A DNA stretch of 64,000 nucleotides. Origin: a virus. This document shows positions 62,096 through 64,000 of the stretch, in pieces. The stretch is taken from IMG/VR virus record IMGVR_UViG_3300032268_001605, positions 32,001-96,000 of that record, one strand, 5' to 3'. Below the pieces are notes generated by a model. The model worked only from the letters and a program-made list of their open reading frames with translations, searched no databases and was not told where the DNA came from. The stretch's first letter is position 1, and every line of letters begins with the position of its first letter. Made by a program: the position numbers and the translations under genes.

Positions 62096-62131
62096 AAAAA
62101 CCACAGAATCTCTGTGGTTTTTCTTTTTTTT
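62096..62131 (+). terminator. Intrinsic terminator
   Basis: aaaaccacag-aatct-ctgtggtttt. Confidence 0.75.
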
Positions 62132-62210
62132 CTAAAGAGGAAGAGTAAAAATAAATAAATAATATGTATTTACAAATTAAATTGTAAAATATCACTATTT
62201 AATTAAATTA

Positions 62211-62603
62211 ATGGAATTTTTTTGTGTTTATGTAAAAACGAGAAAGAAGCTTGATAAATATATCAAAGTGAATCGAATTAGAAACAAATATATCATAGAT
62301 ATAAAGAAGATAATAGAGGAAGAAGAAATTGCTTTCGATGTAGAGAAAACCTATCTCAAGATAATTATTTTTCAAAAAATACAACAGGCTATTGAAAAAA
62401 AGAAGGATATTTATTATGTGCCTGATTTCGACAGCGATTTTTCAATTGAAAAGTTAATTAATATAAGAAAAATTCTCGGAGAAAAAAATGGTTTCAATGT
62501 TCTACTTTTTTACAATGAATTTAGAAGAAATCAGGAAACTCTGGATGAGTTATTTTCAAATCTTTCTAAATTCAACTCATCACAAATAATCAGAGATTAT
62601 TAA
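62211..62603 (+). CDS. Hypothetical protein
   Basis: 130-aa ORF. Confidence 0.65.
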   Translation: MEFFCVYVKTRKKLDKYIKVNRIRNKYIIDIKKIIEEEEIAFDVEKTYLKIIIFQKIQQAIEKKKDIYYVPDFDSDFSIEKLINIRKILGEKNGFNVLLFYNEFRRNQETLDELFSNLSKFNSSQIIRDY

Positions 62604-62654
62604 TCTTAGGAATTATTCAAGTTTTAATATATATTTTAAAACATAGTAAGAATA

Positions 62655-64000
62655 ATGGCATCACCCTTAGGTTTAAGTTTTAAGAATGAAAATAATGGTT
62701 TACCATCTATAAATGGAAGAAGCGTCAACTACCGAGTTGTACAGGGTAAAGCAGTACAATCAATTTTCGGTTCAGGGCAATTTTCACCCTATCCACTATC
62801 TTCAAATGCTGCCACAGGTAATGTAGAAAAAATGAGTGGCCCAACTGAAATACATGCTGATGAAAGAAATGATATTTCAATTTCTTCGATAATCGAATAT
62901 TGTTCAAAACACTCAGCTATGAAATTAGACTATTCACATTTTGCCTACCTGAAAAACGTAGGTGTTTTTCCAAATAATAGGCTTATAATAGCAAGAAGAT
63001 TCAGCGCTGGTGTAGGAAATGATTTAACAGCTATTGCAGGTCCACCACTTTCAACGATTGTGACTTATTTTAGTGACCAAGAGGAATGTTTTACAATTAC
63101 TTTTAATGAAGTCTATAAAGAATCGGAGGGTTCTTTTGAGGAAGTACTAAATGATATTGGTGATGATGTTCTTATGGGTGATAATAAGGGCGGTAAACTT
63201 GGTACTGAAGCTGCAGGTGGATTCGGTGTAATACCTCTACCGGGTATAATGGAAGGTGTGCAGCACATCGTCTTAAATAAACTTGGACTTTCTAATATAG
63301 GTGGCCCTGGTGATTCACCACTTGGCAACCCAAATTTAATAAGAGAAGCTAAACAAAGAGACATTCCTGGTAAGGGTAAAGCGGGTTCAGCCTTAGCGGC
63401 TAAATTTACAGTAACAATGACAGTAGAATATGAGCAGAAATTTATAAATGGTGTGGATCCAACATTGGTTTATTTAGACTTAATACAAAATGCATTAACA
63501 TTTGGGACTTCAGATTCAGTTTTTCAATTTAGTAGTGCCTTTGGCACAGGTGTCACTGGATTTATAAAAGATCTGATATCTGGTAATGTAAATGCTATTG
63601 TTTCAGCTATAACACAGTTTATAACTAGTCTAATAACTGCTATGAAGGATATAGTTGTACAATTTGCAAATCAATTAATTACAGAGTTAGAACAAGCAAG
63701 TAAAGAACCAGAGCAATCAGATGATAAAAACAAAAAAGAAAAGGAGCAGATCGCGAAGTCACAAAATTTATTTTTAGATAAATTAAATTCAATTACAAGT
63801 GCGACAATAGGTACAATTGTATCAAGATATAAAGTTCGACTACTGGGTATAGCTAATGCACTGACTGGGGCACCATCAACACCTTGGCATGTAACAATCG
63901 GAAATCCTAAAAAACCGATATTCAGCTCTGGTGATATGGAATGTACCAAAGTTACTCTCACACTTGGACCAACATTAGCTTTTAACGACTTACCATCATC
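62655..64000 (+). CDS. Large probable structural protein (runs off the window edge)
   Basis: Open frame MASPLGLSFK...TPWHVTIGNPKKPIFSSGD...; TAATATATA upstream. Confidence 0.6.
   Translation, partial: MASPLGLSFKNENNGLPSINGRSVNYRVVQGKAVQSIFGSGQFSPYPLSSNAATGNVEKMSGPTEIHADERNDISISSIIEYCSKHSAMKLDYSHFAYLKNVGVFPNNRLIIARRFSAGVGNDLTAIAGPPLSTIVTYFSDQEECFTITFNEVYKESEGSFEEVLNDIGDDVLMGDNKGGKLGTEAAGGFGVIPLPGIMEGVQHIVLNKLGLSNIGGPGDSPLGNPNLIREAKQRDIPGKGKAGSALAAKFTVTMTVEYEQKFINGVDPTLVYLDLIQNALTFGTSDSVFQFSSAFGTGVTGFIKDLISGNVNAIVSAITQFITSLITAMKDIVVQFANQLITELEQASKEPEQSDDKNKKEKEQIAKSQNLFLDKLNSITSATIGTIVSRYKVRLLGIANALTGAPSTPWHVTIGNPKKPIFSSGDMECTKVTLTLGPTLAFNDLPS

Noticed and set aside
1-64000. Genome-wide stop-codon reassignment as the explanation for internal stops (4962, 4992, 14108, 17642)
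   Set aside because: TAA, TAG and TGA all end intact genes here (for example TAG at 17611 and 30515, TGA at 49391), and code-11 coding density is high.

Overview
This AT-rich 64 kb window looks like part of a very large, T4-like (myovirus-type) jumbo phage genome, most likely infecting Bacteroidota. The host call rests on TTTG-N19-20-TAnnTTTG promoters, A-rich leaders without Shine-Dalgarno sequences, and Hc1-like and BFN-UVR genes. It uses the standard genetic code. It encodes the C-terminal half of a split family-B DNA polymerase, structural proteins (gp6-like baseplate wedge, probable neck protein), nucleotide-metabolism enzymes (Prs, Gmk, MazG-like, NadR-like kinase), a Dam methylase, a MoxR-AAA/vWA pair, and several phosphoesterases and nucleases. 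Selfish elements are abundant: seven free-standing homing-endonuclease-like genes, an IS607/TnpB insertion and an orphan TnpB 3' end. The most striking signals are (1) a 36-nt, stop-containing, GNRA-hairpin insert exactly inside polymerase motif B that must be bypassed or spliced for the gene to work; (2) a capsid-targeting-like N-terminal peptide (MKxLKxFENF) on about 15 mostly unrelated proteins; (3) a second recurring terminal peptide R[DE]xxIxx[IL]L; (4) a candidate structured ncRNA with its own promoter and terminator; (5) endonuclease genes flanked by 5' stubs of the neighbouring gene; and (6) three to four distinct promoter classes. All family assignments come from motif recognition by eye; no database search was run.
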